Origin: the human T2T-CHM13v2.0 reference genome, Homo sapiens
DNA: 64,000 nt
Direction: 5' to 3' (one strand)
NCBI RefSeq assembly: GCF_009914755.1
Contig: NC_060945.1
Position numbers and translations under genes: made by a program
The notes under the pieces: model-generated
Told to the model about the DNA's origin: nothing
Database searches by the model: none
The model's input: only the letters and a program-made list of their open reading frames with translations
Shown: positions 14,251-30,818 of the stretch, one piece after another
Numbering within the stretch: the first letter of the stretch is position 1
Layout: each line of letters starts with the position of its first letter

Positions 14251-16109
14251 GAATTCGTGAAGATTCTTGTTGGACAGTCAACTTTACAATTCTGCCAGTC
14301 TGGAATTATTCTGTTGCCTTCAGTCAGAGCTGGAAATTTGTTGGGTTATTACTTTTTCAGTTATTCAATTTAAAAAATTATTAACATAGTTTAGGAAGTA
14401 ATTGTTTATTTTTATTAATAAAATATTGTTATAGTCAATAATTATGTTTTAAAAATATTAATGCACTTCTTCATAACCATAAATTTTAATTTCCACCTTA
14501 ACATACAATATATGGTTTAAATGTTAAGTATAAACTATTATTGAAAATGATGGAACTGAAACACAGCCTTGAAATTCCAATGCCAAAGTGATTTGTAAAC
14601 TTCTATAAATTACATTAAAAGCACTAACAACTGAATCCATTCACAAAATAGTCAACACAGTGGTTCTATTGCAGTCATCTTCACAATCAATTCAGCCCAA
14701 TGAGAAAAGACCCATCAATCAATCAGCCAGACATTTAATCAAAACACACAATAAAAAAATATATCAGAACAAGGATCTGAAATGAATTGAACTTTGATTA
14801 CTTGAATACCAAAGATGCATGAGGTTTGAGAGCTGAGTTGCCGCTTTATCAAACAAAAGATGGAGCTACTTTCTTTTTCTATGAACTGGATTGCCCTGCG
14901 TTACTCAGAATGGAGTTTGTATCAACCAATCAATTTTCTAAAAAGCAATTATTTCTCCCCAAATGTTTACAAATAACAAAGTGCATAAGAGAAAACGGTA
15001 TAATACATATTTTGTTTTAAAAAAGTGTCTGCAGAAACTCATACTTTTTTTAAAGTACAAATTACCAAATGTCAGAAAATATCAAATCAGAAACAAGATG
15101 AAATAAAATTGTACTGAAAATATTGATTTCTGGCATGCTCATTTGGCCCAGATTCAGGCAGCAAAGTGTGTGGTTTCTTATCTGAGATCCTAAGAGTCTT
15201 ACAAGCTTTATTACAAGCTGTACAGCTGCAGGAACATCAACAATTTTGTCACCTCTTTCAAGTTCACTAAATAGTAATAAATTTTTTGTTTGTTTGTTTA
15301 GTTAAGAACAGCTTTGTTTTCGTTAAGCCAGTAAGTCCCACAACATTTTTAAGCACTGGACTGAATATCACTCGATAGCTAATCTTTATGGTTAATCACT
15401 GAATTAGGAACGATTTGCATTACTTAAAAGCAAGTAAATAATTACCTTCCACTGGGGAAGTAGCTAAAAGTTGGAGGTGGGTTTGGACTTAAGTTTTAAA
15501 ATATAGTAGGGAAATGAACTGAATTCTGTTGCTGAACAAATTCATCACACCTCTTCAAAAATATATGAGTAACATTGTTTTCTAACTTAATTTTATTATT
15601 CTGTGATGGGGTGCCATATTACTTTGAAAATAATTGTCTTCCAAATCCAGCTACAAGAATTAAAGTGCAAATGAACTTCAGCCAAACCTCTAAGGAGAGT
15701 CCTATATGAGAGTCAACCATATGAGAGTCAACTACATTTGTGAGTCTGAATCACTAGTTCAAGTTTCATCCATATTTTGTGGAATTCCGACCACAACATC
15801 CCATCAAGAAGGTACTAGCACCCTTTCCTTGCAGTGGAGGTTTATGTAAAGCTCTGTCATCCAAACTGGATCCAAGTGAGTAAAGAGTGTTGACAAGTTC
15901 CTTTGCTCATACGAATAAGCAATACCTTCAAATAGAAATGTTTTTTTTTTCAGCCTAATGCTATTTCTATTGGGTTTTGGGCTGCTTCTAGTATTTTGAG
16001 AATTGGGCATACTTCAGTACGTTGGTTGTCCCCAAAATCTCATTCCCAATATAGTTAGCATAGACATATGAGCACCTTCTTTCACTGTTGGTCAGTCAAT
16101 CGCACACTT

Positions 16110-16390
16110 TCTGTTATAAGATAAATAAGTTCTGAGATCTAATACACAGCCATGATAATTATAGTTAATAAGGCTTTATTGTTTACTTGAAATTTGCTAA
16201 GAGACTAGAGCTCTAGCATTCTCAATACACATATACAAAATATATCCATGTGTCGTGATAGATATGTTGATTAATTTGATTGTGGCAATTATTACACAAT
16301 GTATACAGATGTCAAATCATCATGTGGTACATCTTGAATATATATAATTTTTTTTTGTTGATTATCCTCAATAAAGCTGGAAAAAATTGA
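16110..16390 (+). mobile_element. L1MA/L1MB 3' end
   Basis: ATAAGTTCTGAGATCTAATACACAGC..ACTTGAAATTTGCTAAGAGA..CTCAATAAAGCTGGAAAAAA. Confidence 0.8.
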
Positions 16391-16597
16391 AAAAAAAAAT
16401 GTAGTCAACCAAGAACAATGGCTCCAACAGAGCACCCAGAAAATTTAGGCAAAGACTTCTCCTTCCTTCACTTCTTTTGTCCTTCCTCCACTTCTTTTGG
16501 TAAACATTTTCCTTCACATATTTTCCAGTAGAGAACACTATTCTTGTTCATCCCAGACCAAAGAAATAGCTTGAAAACTTGATATGCTGCTTCCTAC

Positions 16598-17435
16598 TGA
16601 TACAGACAGGAAAACGGTAAATACTGGGTAGAAGTGGGCCATTCCCTGGCAAAGGCCCCACCCTTAAGCCTGGACTCCTGTGACCCCAAATGGGAACAGG
16701 CATTCCTGTTTTTGTACCCAAAAAGTTACCGGTTGGCCCCCCATGACTCCGTATCCTGTACCCATATACCCATATAAACTGCAAAGCCCAGCTCCAGAAG
16801 GGGATAAGAAGATGAACAGAAAAGCAGAAGAATGGCAGAACAACACAGCAGAAAGAAGAAGTGTCTGAACACCAAGAGGAGTTCAGCTGTGGGCTGTCAG
16901 AGAGGAGATTGTCTGCTGGAGGGCCAAACTCTAGGGGAAGATTATCTTCCCACTCCAGCCCCCTTCCAGCTCCCCATCCATCCTGCTGAGAGCCACCTCC
17001 ACAACACAAAACAACCCTTGCATTCACCGTCCTTCAAGTCCGTGTGTGACCTGATCCTTCCAGGATGCCGAACAAGAGCTCTAGAATACAGAAAGCTGTC
17101 ACACTGGCCCTCAGAGATACAGAAAGCTGTCACACTGCCCCTCTGCCCTTGCAAAAAAGCAGAGGGTCCACTGAGCTGTTTAACACTTAAGCCATCTGCA
17201 GACAGCAAAACTAAAAGAGTGCACTGTAACACTGCCCACTTGGGCTTCGGGGGTTGCAGCACCTACTCCTAGATGCTACCATGGGGCCAGAGCCCAGAAG
17301 TGCTCACCCTAGCTCCCGTTCCTGCCCATCTGCATGCTATCCCTTCTATAAGGAGTTTGAGCACTGGTGGTGGCCTAATAAGCCTCACCCCTGTTGAACA
17401 TCCTACGACTGGGGTCAGGGAACTCTCCCATTTCA
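16598..17435 (+). mobile_element. Solo LTR1-family (ERV1) LTR
   Basis: TGATACAGACAGG..AATACTGGGTAGAAG..GCAAAGGCCCCACCCT start; ..GGGAACTCTCCCATTTCA end; 4-bp TSD CTAC. Confidence 0.85.
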
Positions 17436-19123
17436 CTACTAAACCTATCAGACAAGTGTTTCTCTATTATTGCTTTGAAAACATACTAGTGAAGGGTATA
17501 GCACTAAGCAGGGAACTTTGAGGCAAAGGAGCGACCCATGATTAGAGCTACAAAGAACTAAATTATACTCAGCCAGAGACAAAAGTCATATCGCAGCCTT
17601 TTGCCTTGGATCTTACCCAAATGCCCAGCATCCTTTTGGCCCTGCCCCTATTTATTTTATATTTTTGACATATTTTTATTCTGAAAACCTCATCCACTGC
17701 TGAATTCTGGATCTGGCTTCGGGAAAGTTCCCAACCTTCTCTGTGCTTCAGGGTCACCAATAGTAAAATAAGAGTTATGATGTTACCAGCCTCCTAGGTG
17801 ATTTAATAAATGTAACCTGTTTCAAACAATACCATAGTAAGAATGATTTCAATCAACATTAGATAGTGCCAGTTTTGTCTTTTACACTTGTTGAAGCATC
17901 CAGCAAATATGAGTGATCAGATTACTATACAATTGTTAAAACTTGAGTATCATGGACATTGACCTATTGACCAAAATAAGCACTTCATTCTCAGAGAATT
18001 CAAATCACTGTGATTTGCCCAAGTGACCAGAGCTCCCAAATGGAGAAAATGAGACCAAGTATCTTTATGTTTAGTCCAAATCTCTTTCTAGAGTACTCTG
18101 TTAAACCAATATATTAGACATTTTCTACAGTTGCCAAGAGAACCAATCTGTGAGATTTACTATAGGTTCACACTTTGATTCTTTGGTGTCAGACTGCCAA
18201 TAAGAGGGAAGGTGCAGGTTCTCTAATACCTTCTTGTGGATGAGTGTTAGTAGCACTAGTGATAGTAGTGGCAAAAGTAGCTATCTTACTGGTCTTAGGC
18301 ATCATGTCCTTTATGATAATCTCACAACTGATGCTCAGAATGACCTTGTGAGGTGTATGCTATTACTACTTATCAAATAGGAGACTGGAGTTTAGGAAGG
18401 CTAAGTAACTTCCCCACAGTCAAATCTGTACAATGGAAGCCTCTAAGCCTTGATGGGGTTTCAAGGTTTCTTATTTCTCGGAGCTATTTTTCACAGATAT
18501 GGAAAATCCCTGAAAATGGAAAAGGATGTCTAAGGTAAGGGATTTATCTGACTATAAGACTGTAAAATTCCTATTAAAATCATAGGATTTAGATTTGAAA
18601 AAAAATGAGTGAATCATGATTCTCAACTTTTAATTTGGTTAAATGGAACATAAAGGTAGGAAAGATTGAGCCATCTGTACAGGGTCACCCACCTAATTAG
18701 TAATAGAAGCAAAATTACAATATATATTCTCTCTTCTTATGTAAGTACTCCCTCTTTATTATATTTCTTCCTTCCCTACTCCCAAAATCAACTTTTTCTA
18801 TTTCTATGGAAAGCAAGTTTTTGCTTTTGTGGATTTTCACAGAACATGACTCAAGGTAGAATTAAAGTCACTCCAAAACCAAAGTCAATTTTTGACTTCT
18901 AGACTTAGTCTATGGGTTTCCTTTTTTTTTTTTTCCCAAAGCCTTCCTCCCCTCACTAACATCCATATACAGTGTGAAATCCTCTTCAAGATTGTTTACC
19001 AGACACATCTCTATATGTCAAGCCTCAAACATGTAGCCCCAATCCAGATCTAGAAACAACCCATGGTTTCTCAAAGATCCACAATATAGGTGTGCAAACT
19101 AAATTTTAAAGTAAGTGTCACAA

Positions 19124-20322
19124 TGAAACTGGACCCCTATCTCTCACCATATACAAAGTTACCTCAGGATGAATTAATGACTTAAATGTAAGACTTTAAA
19201 CTCTAAAAATACTAAAAGAAAACCTAGGAAAACCTCTTCTGAATACCGTCCAACACTCATGACTGAAATGTTGAAAACAAGCGCAGCATAAACAAAAACA
19301 GTCAAATGGGACTTTAAACTAAAAAGCTTCTGCACAGCAAAAGAAATAATCAGCGGAGTGAACAGAGAAGCTGCACAATGAAAGAAAATATTTGCAAATT
19401 ATACATCTGACAGAGGACTAATATCCAGAATCTACAATGAACTCAAACAACTCAACTGAGAAAACCAAAAAACCCTATTAAAAATGAGACAAATGACATA
19501 AACAGACATTTTCAAAAGAAGAAATACAAATGGCCAACAAATATTTGAAAAAAAAATGCTCAACATTGCTATTCATCAGGGAAAAGCAAATTGAAACCAC
19601 AATGAAATATCATCGCTTACCAATCAGAATGGCTATTAATAAAAAGTAGAAAAAAAATAACATGTTGGCAAAGATTGAGAGAGAAGGAAACAGTCATATA
19701 CACTGTTGATGGGACTGTAAATTAGTACACATTCTATGGAAAAGAGCATGGAGATTTCTTAAAGAACTAAAAATAGAACTACCATTTCATCTAGCAATCT
19801 CACCACTGTGCATATACCCAAAGGGAAAAAAAAATACTAGCACTCGTATGCTTATCACAGCATTATTCACAAGAAAAAAATTATGGAATCAACTTAACTG
19901 TCCATCAACAGATGATTGGATAAAGAAAATGTGGTATATATTTATATACCATGAAACACTAATCAATCATAAAATAAGAATAAAATCATGTGTTTTGCAG
20001 CAACATGGATGCAACTGGAGGCCATTATCTTAACTTAAAAACCCACAGAAACAGAGCATCAAATATCGCATGTTCTTACTTATAAAAGGGAGCAAAATAA
20101 TGTGTACACCTAGACACAGAATGTAGAAAAACAGACATTGGAGACATGGAAGAGTGGAAGAGTGTGTGCTTGTGGGGGTGTGGGATAAGAAATTACTTAA
20201 TATGTACAATGTGCATTATTTGTGTGATGGTTTCACTAAAAGCATGGACTTCACCACTGTGTAATATACCCATGTATCAAAACTTTACTTATACCCCCTA
20301 AATATATATAAATACAAAAAAA
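19124..20322 (+). mobile_element. L1MA/L1PB-type fragment (ORF2 3' end and 3' UTR)
   Basis: TGAAACTGGACCCCTATCTCTCACCATATACAAA..AAAAGCTTCTGCACAGCAAAAGAAA..A-rich end. Confidence 0.9.
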
Positions 20323-21220
20323 ATTCTAAAAACTCAGTTTCAGGAGATACGTTGCTTGAATTTAGAAAATAGAATTCATTCTACTATATTTCATAGGTTA
20401 AACAATGAAAGAAGAAAGCAAATATAAATTCAAAACACCTTCATATGCAAGTATAGGTAGAAAAACATGACTATACATAAACTGTAGAAATCACTACAGG
20501 GAGGGCAATGAAACTAATGCCATGAAAGAACAGTTTATTTATTATATTTACTTTAAAATGGTCAATGTTTGATGTAGAATGTAAGACCTTGCCTACATTA
20601 GGAATATGAAAAAAACTGTTCTGCAAAAGAAGAAGGAACAAATAGTTTGTTCTTCCAGAGAGAAGAGAAGAGAGAGGATAAACAAAACTCAGAGACATAA
20701 AGCCAGTTGGATGGCAGAAGACTTCAGGCTACAGTATTGGACCATTTCCCTATGTTACCATCTTCCCCAGTCAATCTGTAAACTCATAAAATTCTTGAGG
20801 GTAATGATTTCTGGAAATAAAAGATATCAATCCCTCACTGAAATTATTATGTGGTAGAACAGTGGAATATGAGCACATAAAGTCAGAAAGAAACACGTAC
20901 AACTAACCTAGAGAATTTAACTGTAACTGCTACAAAGCCACAGCATTGAGATATGGTCAGTTCTCAAAGAAACACATGGTAATTCTCAGAGAAACAAGAA
21001 GCCCCCCTTCAAGAGTTTTCTCCAAGTTGAAAATTCATTTATTGCATCAGAAATTAAGACTATGAGCTCTAGAGAGAGACCCTCTGCATTTTAATCCTGA
21101 CTCTGCCACTACTGATCTGTAAAACCTTGGTTAATGTTCTTAAGCTCTATGTACCTCTGTAAAATGGAAATAATAACAGTCTCTTCATTTTAAGGTTCTT
21201 TTAAGTATTAAACAAACCAA

Positions 21221-21821
21221 TGAGAGAGAAGGCAGTTAGCGGCTGGCTAGGCAGGTAGAGAGGAAGGGTCTCGGGAGAGAAAAAGCACCTATGGGATCGC
21301 ACCTCCACCACCCCTGTAGCTAGTAGGAGGAAATGTGGTTAAGAATTTCCTCTTAAGCCAAAATGTTTGCTCAGAAGGGACTGTCCCAACTTAGGCGCAG
21401 GTGCAATAAATCAACTAAATGTCCTTATCTTGACCTAGAGCTAATTAACATATCACTAGCATTGCAGCTTTAGCCCCTCCATAGGTTTCCCTTAGGCACT
21501 CAAGGGTAATAACCAAGGTGGAGTAGCTATGGCCAACACCAGGCATGCGCAGATGCAACACTCCCGGTGGGGAACTTAATCTTTCCTATTCAGGCGGAAC
21601 CCAAAGAAGACTTCCTCGCTTCTGCCACATAAAATACCCAGAACTCAGCCCCATTTCTGGAAACCATCTTTCAGTTCCTCTCATTGCTGAGAACTTTTCT
21701 GTCACTTAATAAATCCTACTGTACTCACTCTTTGGTGTCCCTGTGCCTTAGTCTTCTTAGTTGTGGGTCAAAAACTTGGAATTCACTAAAGGAGTAAGAA
21801 GGAGTAAGAAGACTGTTAACA
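21221..21821 (+). mobile_element. Solo ERV1 LTR (LTR29-like) inserted in a MIR
   Basis: TG...CA ends, CATAAAA TATA-like box (~21628), AATAAA (~21708), near-TSD ACCA; MIR sequence on both sides. Confidence 0.7.
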
Positions 21822-21852
21822 ACCACATACTGCATTTATAAGAGTGTCTGGC

Positions 21853-22229
<377 letters not shown>

Positions 22230-23498
22230 TCAGGCCTCACCATATTAGGTCAATATTCCAATTTAATGGTATCTTATCCTCTGATTACACACTTTAGCCT
22301 ATGCAGCTGTGTCACATGGTTACCATGTTATTCAGCTTCCAGATTCCTGCCTCCTTATCAATCCCAAATGTATTAAATATATTTTCTTCCTCTGTTCAGT
22401 CTTTGGATTTGCAAATTGCTATGTGTCTCCATTATGGTCAGACAACATAATACAGTTTCCCAGGCCAGCTGGGAGGATTGTCACACTGCCTTGTTCTCTA
22501 GGATCACCTCTACAAGAGTAAAAAATAATAACAACATCTATCCTTCATTTTTCTTATATATTTCTCAAGATTACTTTCCCCAATTGTCACTTTCTTTCAC
22601 ACATGAATTCTCATTTATGACCTTCATGTCTGCTGTTTTCTTTCAGTAACAATCAGATCACAAAACTTATCAAGATCACCCAACCTAAGAATACCTCCTC
22701 AATGCTAATTTCTCTCCAGATAACATTTTACTATTATAGTTTTCAATAGGATAGTCCATTCACCTTTCTTTGCCATCAAATTATTTGGCATGTTGAAATC
22801 TGATTTCTATATCAGTAACATTTAGACAGTTGTTAAAACCCGTTAGAAAAGACCATTTGTGTGTATAGGGGTGTGTGTGTGTATGTGTATGCATGAGTGT
22901 ATGTGACATGAGTACCTGCATATATGTGTTTCCTTGTCTCTTATCCTTTTATATCTGTGACATGTGTCATTGTGGACTCAACTGTCCTTTTTGAAACTCT
23001 CTTTCCCTTTGACATCTGTGACACCAAATATTTTTCTCTCTCTCTGACTTCTTTACTTAGACTTCAGAGTGATGAGTTTATTGTAAATCTGCTCCTTACC
23101 TTGCTTACAAGATTCATTCTTATTTTGACACCTTCCTTATCTTTTTTAGGTTAATGCTTACTATTGGTTTGAATCATCTTTATATTTTTATCTTAATCAC
23201 TGAAAAGTTTTGATATGGCTATTCACTGTTAAATACATTTTGCTTGACACATTTTTTTTACTTTATTCAGTCTCCTCCTGAAACTAGAGCTCTGAGTTAC
23301 CTGTACCATGGATTGTTAATAGACCACCTTGTTATTCAGGATATGGTCCAAGAGCCATCTGGGAGACATAGCCCAGGATCCTGACAGTTCCCATCTTGGA
23401 TGCTGACTCTAGAATCCTAGTTCCAGACACCACTGAACATCCCTTGCAGGCATTTTAGAAAGTGACCAGAAAACTAGAAGATCTGGTGTGGCTGCTAA

Positions 23499-23838
<340 letters not shown>

Positions 23839-24165
23839 TGTGTGTGTTTTTTAAAGATTGTAAAGATGTGAATGAGTTTTCATTTATCATTTTTGAATAT
23901 ACAGGAAAAGTAAATGAATTTATGCTGTGCATTGTCAAAGGAGAATTCTCATAAAAACACAAAACCTTTTCACAATCCTAATGAAAGAACATTAAGTCTG
24001 ATTCCATCATTTTACCACAAAGAAGACAGAAAATTTCCAAAGTCCTACTGTTAGTAGATATTCTAGCTGACTCAGTTCAGTGTTGCTATGATTAAACAAG
24101 AGTGAGTTCCCTAAAAGTAAATGTTATAAGAAATCTTAAGTATTATTTTCTTATGTTTCTAGCCT

Positions 24166-24195
24166 AATAAAGTGCTTTTATTAAAGCACTTTATT
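24166..24195. repeat. Perfect inverted repeat, 13-bp arms and 4-nt loop
   Basis: AATAAAGTGCTTT-TATT-AAAGCACTTTATT. Confidence 0.95.
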
Positions 24196-25535
24196 TAAAG
24201 GCATTATTGATATTTCATTATGTTCAACAGATGGAGTTAATGTGAATGTTTACTCTTCAGATATCTTTTCATTTAATATACAAAGATATAGAAAACAGAA
24301 GAGAATTGTGGGAAAAAATGTATATTACAAATGAAATTTGAGTTGGCTTACAAGGAAAGCATAGATAAGACCTATACTCGCAGGAGAGGTTAAGTCAAAA
24401 CCACACAATAAAAGGCAGTTGTAGAGAAATGGGCAGTGATACTAGGATCACTTAGCTAAGCAAAGCAGTAACGGATGAGTAGAGAACTAGTCTGAATGTG
24501 CCTGCAATCACAGTACTAGAAAAAATCAAGTCAGTTGAATGGTATATATTTTGTGCAAGGTACAACAGCTTGATGAAAGCAGCATTTTTTTTTTTAACAA
24601 CATTGGAGTTAGTCACCAAAAATATTGATCAAAGTAACAATATTGTCATTACCAACACTTGGTCTGAGAAGCTTATGAATTTTTTTGAATTTTACAAAAA
24701 ACAATCAGCATGTAGCTTTTTCATAAATTGTCCTTTAATGAAATACTGATATGATGGAGTCATGAGGTAGGATCATGAAGGGAATTGTTAGTTGTTCACT
24801 ACAGTGATCAAATGACAAGGATCAAGTATCTTTCTCGGATCACTACTTTCAAATTGAATGTTGCTTCAGTTGGTGTTCTTAGAAAAGTTTAAGTGACATG
24901 GTTATTAGAACTAAACTTTCCAGGTGGGTGGGCTGGACTTACATAGACATCAGAGGGAATGCCTGAAGGGAAAGAAGACTTTCCTCAGAAAGCAGTTGTT
25001 GATGAGCTCCCAGCTCACATCCTTGCTTAAACTCTGGGTAACATAAATAAAAGGCTACAGCTTAGAGTACGGAAGAGCTTCTTTTGTCATTTTGCAGAAT
25101 AATGAATCTCAATTAGTCACTGAGGTGGAAGACCATAACAGTTCAAGTGATGATTGTTCATTTGTTTTAATAAAAGGCTGGACACTTTATGGCCAAATCT
25201 GATATTCTTGACTTCATAGGCATTTGTGCCATTAGTGGTGGCCCTTGTTGGAACCTGATTGACACTAGTTTTTATTAGGTCCTGAGGACTGAGAATAAAT
25301 GGAGCTTCATCAGTCACTCTGCACTTGCTAATTCTGTGGGAATATGTCAGCCAACTTTGAGAAAACCTGGTTAATTGTTAGAGACTTTCTGTTGAAAAAT
25401 GATTTCAGTTGGTTACAGCTAGAGATAATATTCACTGAGAACAGTCACTGAACCTGGATTTGGGTAGAGGATCTTGAAAAGTTAAAAGAAGAAATTTCTT
25501 ATTAAAAAAGATTATCTTCAACTAATAAGATTGTA

Positions 25536-25848
25536 TTTTATTTTATTTATTTATTTATTTTTTTTTTTTGAGCTGGAACCTCGCTCTGTCGCCCAGGCTG
25601 GAGTGCAGTGGAGAACTCGGCTCATTGCGAGCTCCATCTCCTGGGTTCATGCCATTCTCCTGCCTCAGCCTCCAGAGTAGCTGGGACTACAGGTGCCCGC
25701 CACCACACCTGGCTAATTTTTTTGTATTTTTAGTAGAGACAGGGTTTCACTATGTTAGCCAGGATGGTCTCGATCTCCTGACCTCATGATCTGCCTGCCT
25801 CAGCCTCCCAAAGTGCTGGGATTACAGGCGTAAGCCACCATGCCCAGC
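25536..25848 (-). mobile_element. AluY
   Basis: TGTTAGCCAGGATGGTCTCGATCTCC; TSD AAGATTGTA. Confidence 0.92.
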
Positions 25849-27076
25849 CCAAAAGATTGTAAATTGTTCTTCCGACTATAAAGTTTACTAGTCAGCAATA
25901 AATGAATTAGATTTCTTTTTCTTTGATGAAGTGACTCAGTATTTTTACATATGCTCCAAATAAAAAATTCAGAAAGTAGTGTAAATAATCTTTCAGAAAG
26001 AAGGCTTTTCAAAAGCAAAGATACTACAATGAAAGTAGTATTGGCAATAGTGCTCTGCTTTCACAGATTTCTGTGTAGGAATATTTTCAATCAAGTAATA
26101 TTTTTATGAGCTCCTTTCAAGTATTCATCAATTTAAACTAAATCCTAACTAGATTAGAAAATGCAGTGTATTTTAAAGTTATTCTCAATTCTGCAATCTT
26201 TGCTTGAGATTCTGTTAATTTTTTTAAACTTCTGAGTTTTACATAGAGTAGTAAATATATCCTGGCTATATTATACCATTAAAATTGTAATATTGGAGTA
26301 TAAAAATTAAAATCCTTGGGATCAGACACTAAATTTCATAATAAAATATCCTTCCTAGTAGCAATGTGTAATAAGAAAGCATTTTTAACCTAGAGAGATT
26401 GTTTCCCAGTGTTGTTATCTTCTTCATTTTGGAAGGAAACCATATCAGCACAAAACATAATTCAATGCTCAGTTTATTGAAAGTTATTTTATTTAAATTA
26501 AATATATGTGTAATAATTAATGATTAGCAAATTAAATGATCATTAAAATAAAATTTTAATCTATTTTATTTTGAATGATATGAAACATGCTCCTTACTTA
26601 ATGTTAAGTGAAGAAAAGAGAGTACAGAATGACATTTTAACCACAGCCAACCGTGGGAATAGATAGAATTGTTCTTTTCTCCTTTCTTTTTTCTATCTCT
26701 TCTAATTCTACCTTAATGAACTTAATGGCTTAGTAGGTGTAAAATGATGATCTTGTGTTTGTTATAGTAAAAGTAAAAACCTATCAATGTACTTTTTAAA
26801 AAGCATCCTATGTTTATGAATATAGTCTCATTCCAACTGGGTCTCACATATATTCACATATTTCATTTTAGAAATTGTTCCCACATCTTCTGAAAATTAG
26901 AGATTGTGATTTATATGAGGTTAGACAGGCAAAGCAGCTATGTATAATTCAATATATTGTTTACCTTACAAGAGCACCCTGCCCTTCATCCACCTGTGAA
27001 ACCACAGGTTTGCATCTACCCAGGGAGATGAAGGGGAGAAGTGATTTTTGATAATTTGTACAAAGGCACAGTATAA

Positions 27077-27463
<387 letters not shown>

Positions 27464-27797
27464 TAGAATGTAGAATCCCATTTTTATACAAGAATTTCCA
27501 AATCGCTTTGGGGGATTGAAATCTTGTAGATAGAAATTCAATGGGAACAAGAGGATAGGGAGGACGGTGAGGGATAATGGACAGATATGGGAAGGAAAAT
27601 ATGTCACCTAAAATTAGATATTTACAAAGCTTTACAAAGTATTTTTAATTATCAAATGTTGTATTAAGACACAGAAAACATTATACTTGGAAACAGATGG
27701 AAGAAGGAATGGTTGTATATTTAAAAAGCCCAGACAACAGGGCTTACTCAACCATGATTGTTTTGGTTACTTTAATTATCAGTAAATGATACATTTG

Positions 27798-28891
<1,094 letters not shown>

Positions 28892-30650
28892 GATACATTT
28901 GCAGGATGACACTTGTCAAAGTGTACACATTTTCCAGTTAATACCTGCAAAATGCTAAAAATATAATCCTTTAAATGTGAATTTAAGATGTGGAAGTGTT
29001 GGGTACAAGTAAAGTTGAATCTGCCTTCACCTCTCACACTCACCTGCATCAGAAGGACTACATCTTCCAACTAAAAAGAAAGGATATATTTCTGATCTCT
29101 GTTGAGCTGCTATTTAAATTCATTTTCTGGGAGGTATGTTTTTGAAGGTGATTTTTAATGTCATGTACAGAGGGTAGAGAAAAGTATTAGAGTCATCCAA
29201 TTTACAAGGATGGATTTGATGAGAATTGTGTTTATAATAAGGATTATGTTAAGCACATCACATGCATCCTACTACTGTTCTAATATTTCTAAGTCATTTT
29301 TATACTTATTACCAACATGTTTTCTTAATATTTTCAAATCAACGTAGTTGAAACGCTGAGGATGGTAAGCATTTGCCCACATGCTTATTTCCAATTTGTC
29401 TGGCTCATCCCATCTTTCTTTTCAGAATTTTCGATTATTATAGACATCACACAAAATGTGAAGATAGTGCCCCACAGTGTATTGTACTCTGTGCTTGCTA
29501 ACACACAATATCTACAGAAGGTATAAATAAAAATTGATTAGGAAGGGTTTTACCTGCCATCTGGAAGTCCACTATCAGGCTTCAATGAATAGCTTTTAAC
29601 ACTTACAGACTCTAATATCCTGGCTCTTTATGATAATATTCTAAGGGCAAATATAGTTCATAGTTTCTTTTTTTCCCTTTTAGTCTATTAACCTATTACA
29701 GTTTTGATTTCAATTACCTTGTAATGCATATAAAAATAAATTACAGAGAGAAAATATTACAGAGAGGTTTAACAAGTTAATGGTAAATTAAATTCATACT
29801 CTTCTTCATTATGCAAATTTGCAATGCTGCGGAACATTTAGCACTCTCTCCTGGATAGCACTCAACATTTTACATGCAGATAAGTCAGCAGCTCTAATGA
29901 ACTTTTGCCTTACCCACGCATTAATTCAAGAAATACATACTGAAGTTTTTCCAATTGCTTTACAAACTATAGGTAGGGTAAAAGCCAGCTCACTACTTCA
30001 TACAGAGCATTAATTTCTAGTCATGTGAGTTAGAGTGTTCCTTCTGAAAAAAGATTATTGTGATGAGAAAAGAAATGCTAGTGTTAATTTAAAATTAAAA
30101 TTTTTGAATGCACTCACTTATTTCTCATTAGAGATTATAAGATCATTGAGCAAACACACACATTTTCTTGTCATAATTAATAGATATTACTTTCTTATCT
30201 TGCAATAGTTTCCACTTATATACTTTAATTCTGGTAGTATCAAAACATAATAAATTAGTTTCTATTTATTAACACTGAAATTTTCCAAGCAACAATTGTT
30301 TTTTCAAACTAACAATCTAAATCTTATTCTAAATCTACTTTTTCTCAAATTGGCTTATAGGTTAAGATGCAGAATCATCTTATACTTCTATCAATTTGAA
30401 AAATGTTGGTTCTAAATTGCCTTAACGAAGATAACCTTAACATTTTCTGTATAACTTCAATTAATTTCTTAAAGTTTAATCTCAAAGTCTTCGAAGGACA
30501 TTCAAGCAACTTGAAAGTATAATAAAGGTTAGTATATTCAGAGGTAAAAGTAGAGCAGAACGAACATTTTTTTTCATGGATATTGTAAAAGAAAAATTAA
30601 ACAGGGAAAAATGAATGAAAGAGAAAGAAAGAGGGAGGGGGGAACAGGAA

Positions 30651-30818
30651 GGGAGGAAGGAAAAGGAAAGAGGGAAAAAGGGAAATGAAGGAGTGAAGGA
30701 AGAAAGGGCAGAAGAAAGGATAGAAGAGAGGGAGGAAGGAAAAGGAAAGAGGGAAAAAGGGAAATGAAGCAGTGAAGGAAGAAAGGGCAGAAGAAAGGAT
30801 AGAAGAGAGGGAGGAAGG
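30651..30818. repeat. 79-bp purine-rich tandem duplication (~2.1 copies)
   Basis: Copies start at 30651, 30730 and 30809; one mismatch (30691 G vs 30770 C). Confidence 0.95.

Noticed and set aside
15835-15875. 41-nt segment with good acceptor (CCTTGCAG) and donor (GTGAGT); similar candidate at ~29426-29520
   Set aside because: No recognisable protein or linked exons; such pseudo-exons are frequent.
16548-17521. Cluster of overlapping 60-159 aa ORFs
   Set aside because: Lie largely within the GC-richer solo LTR1.
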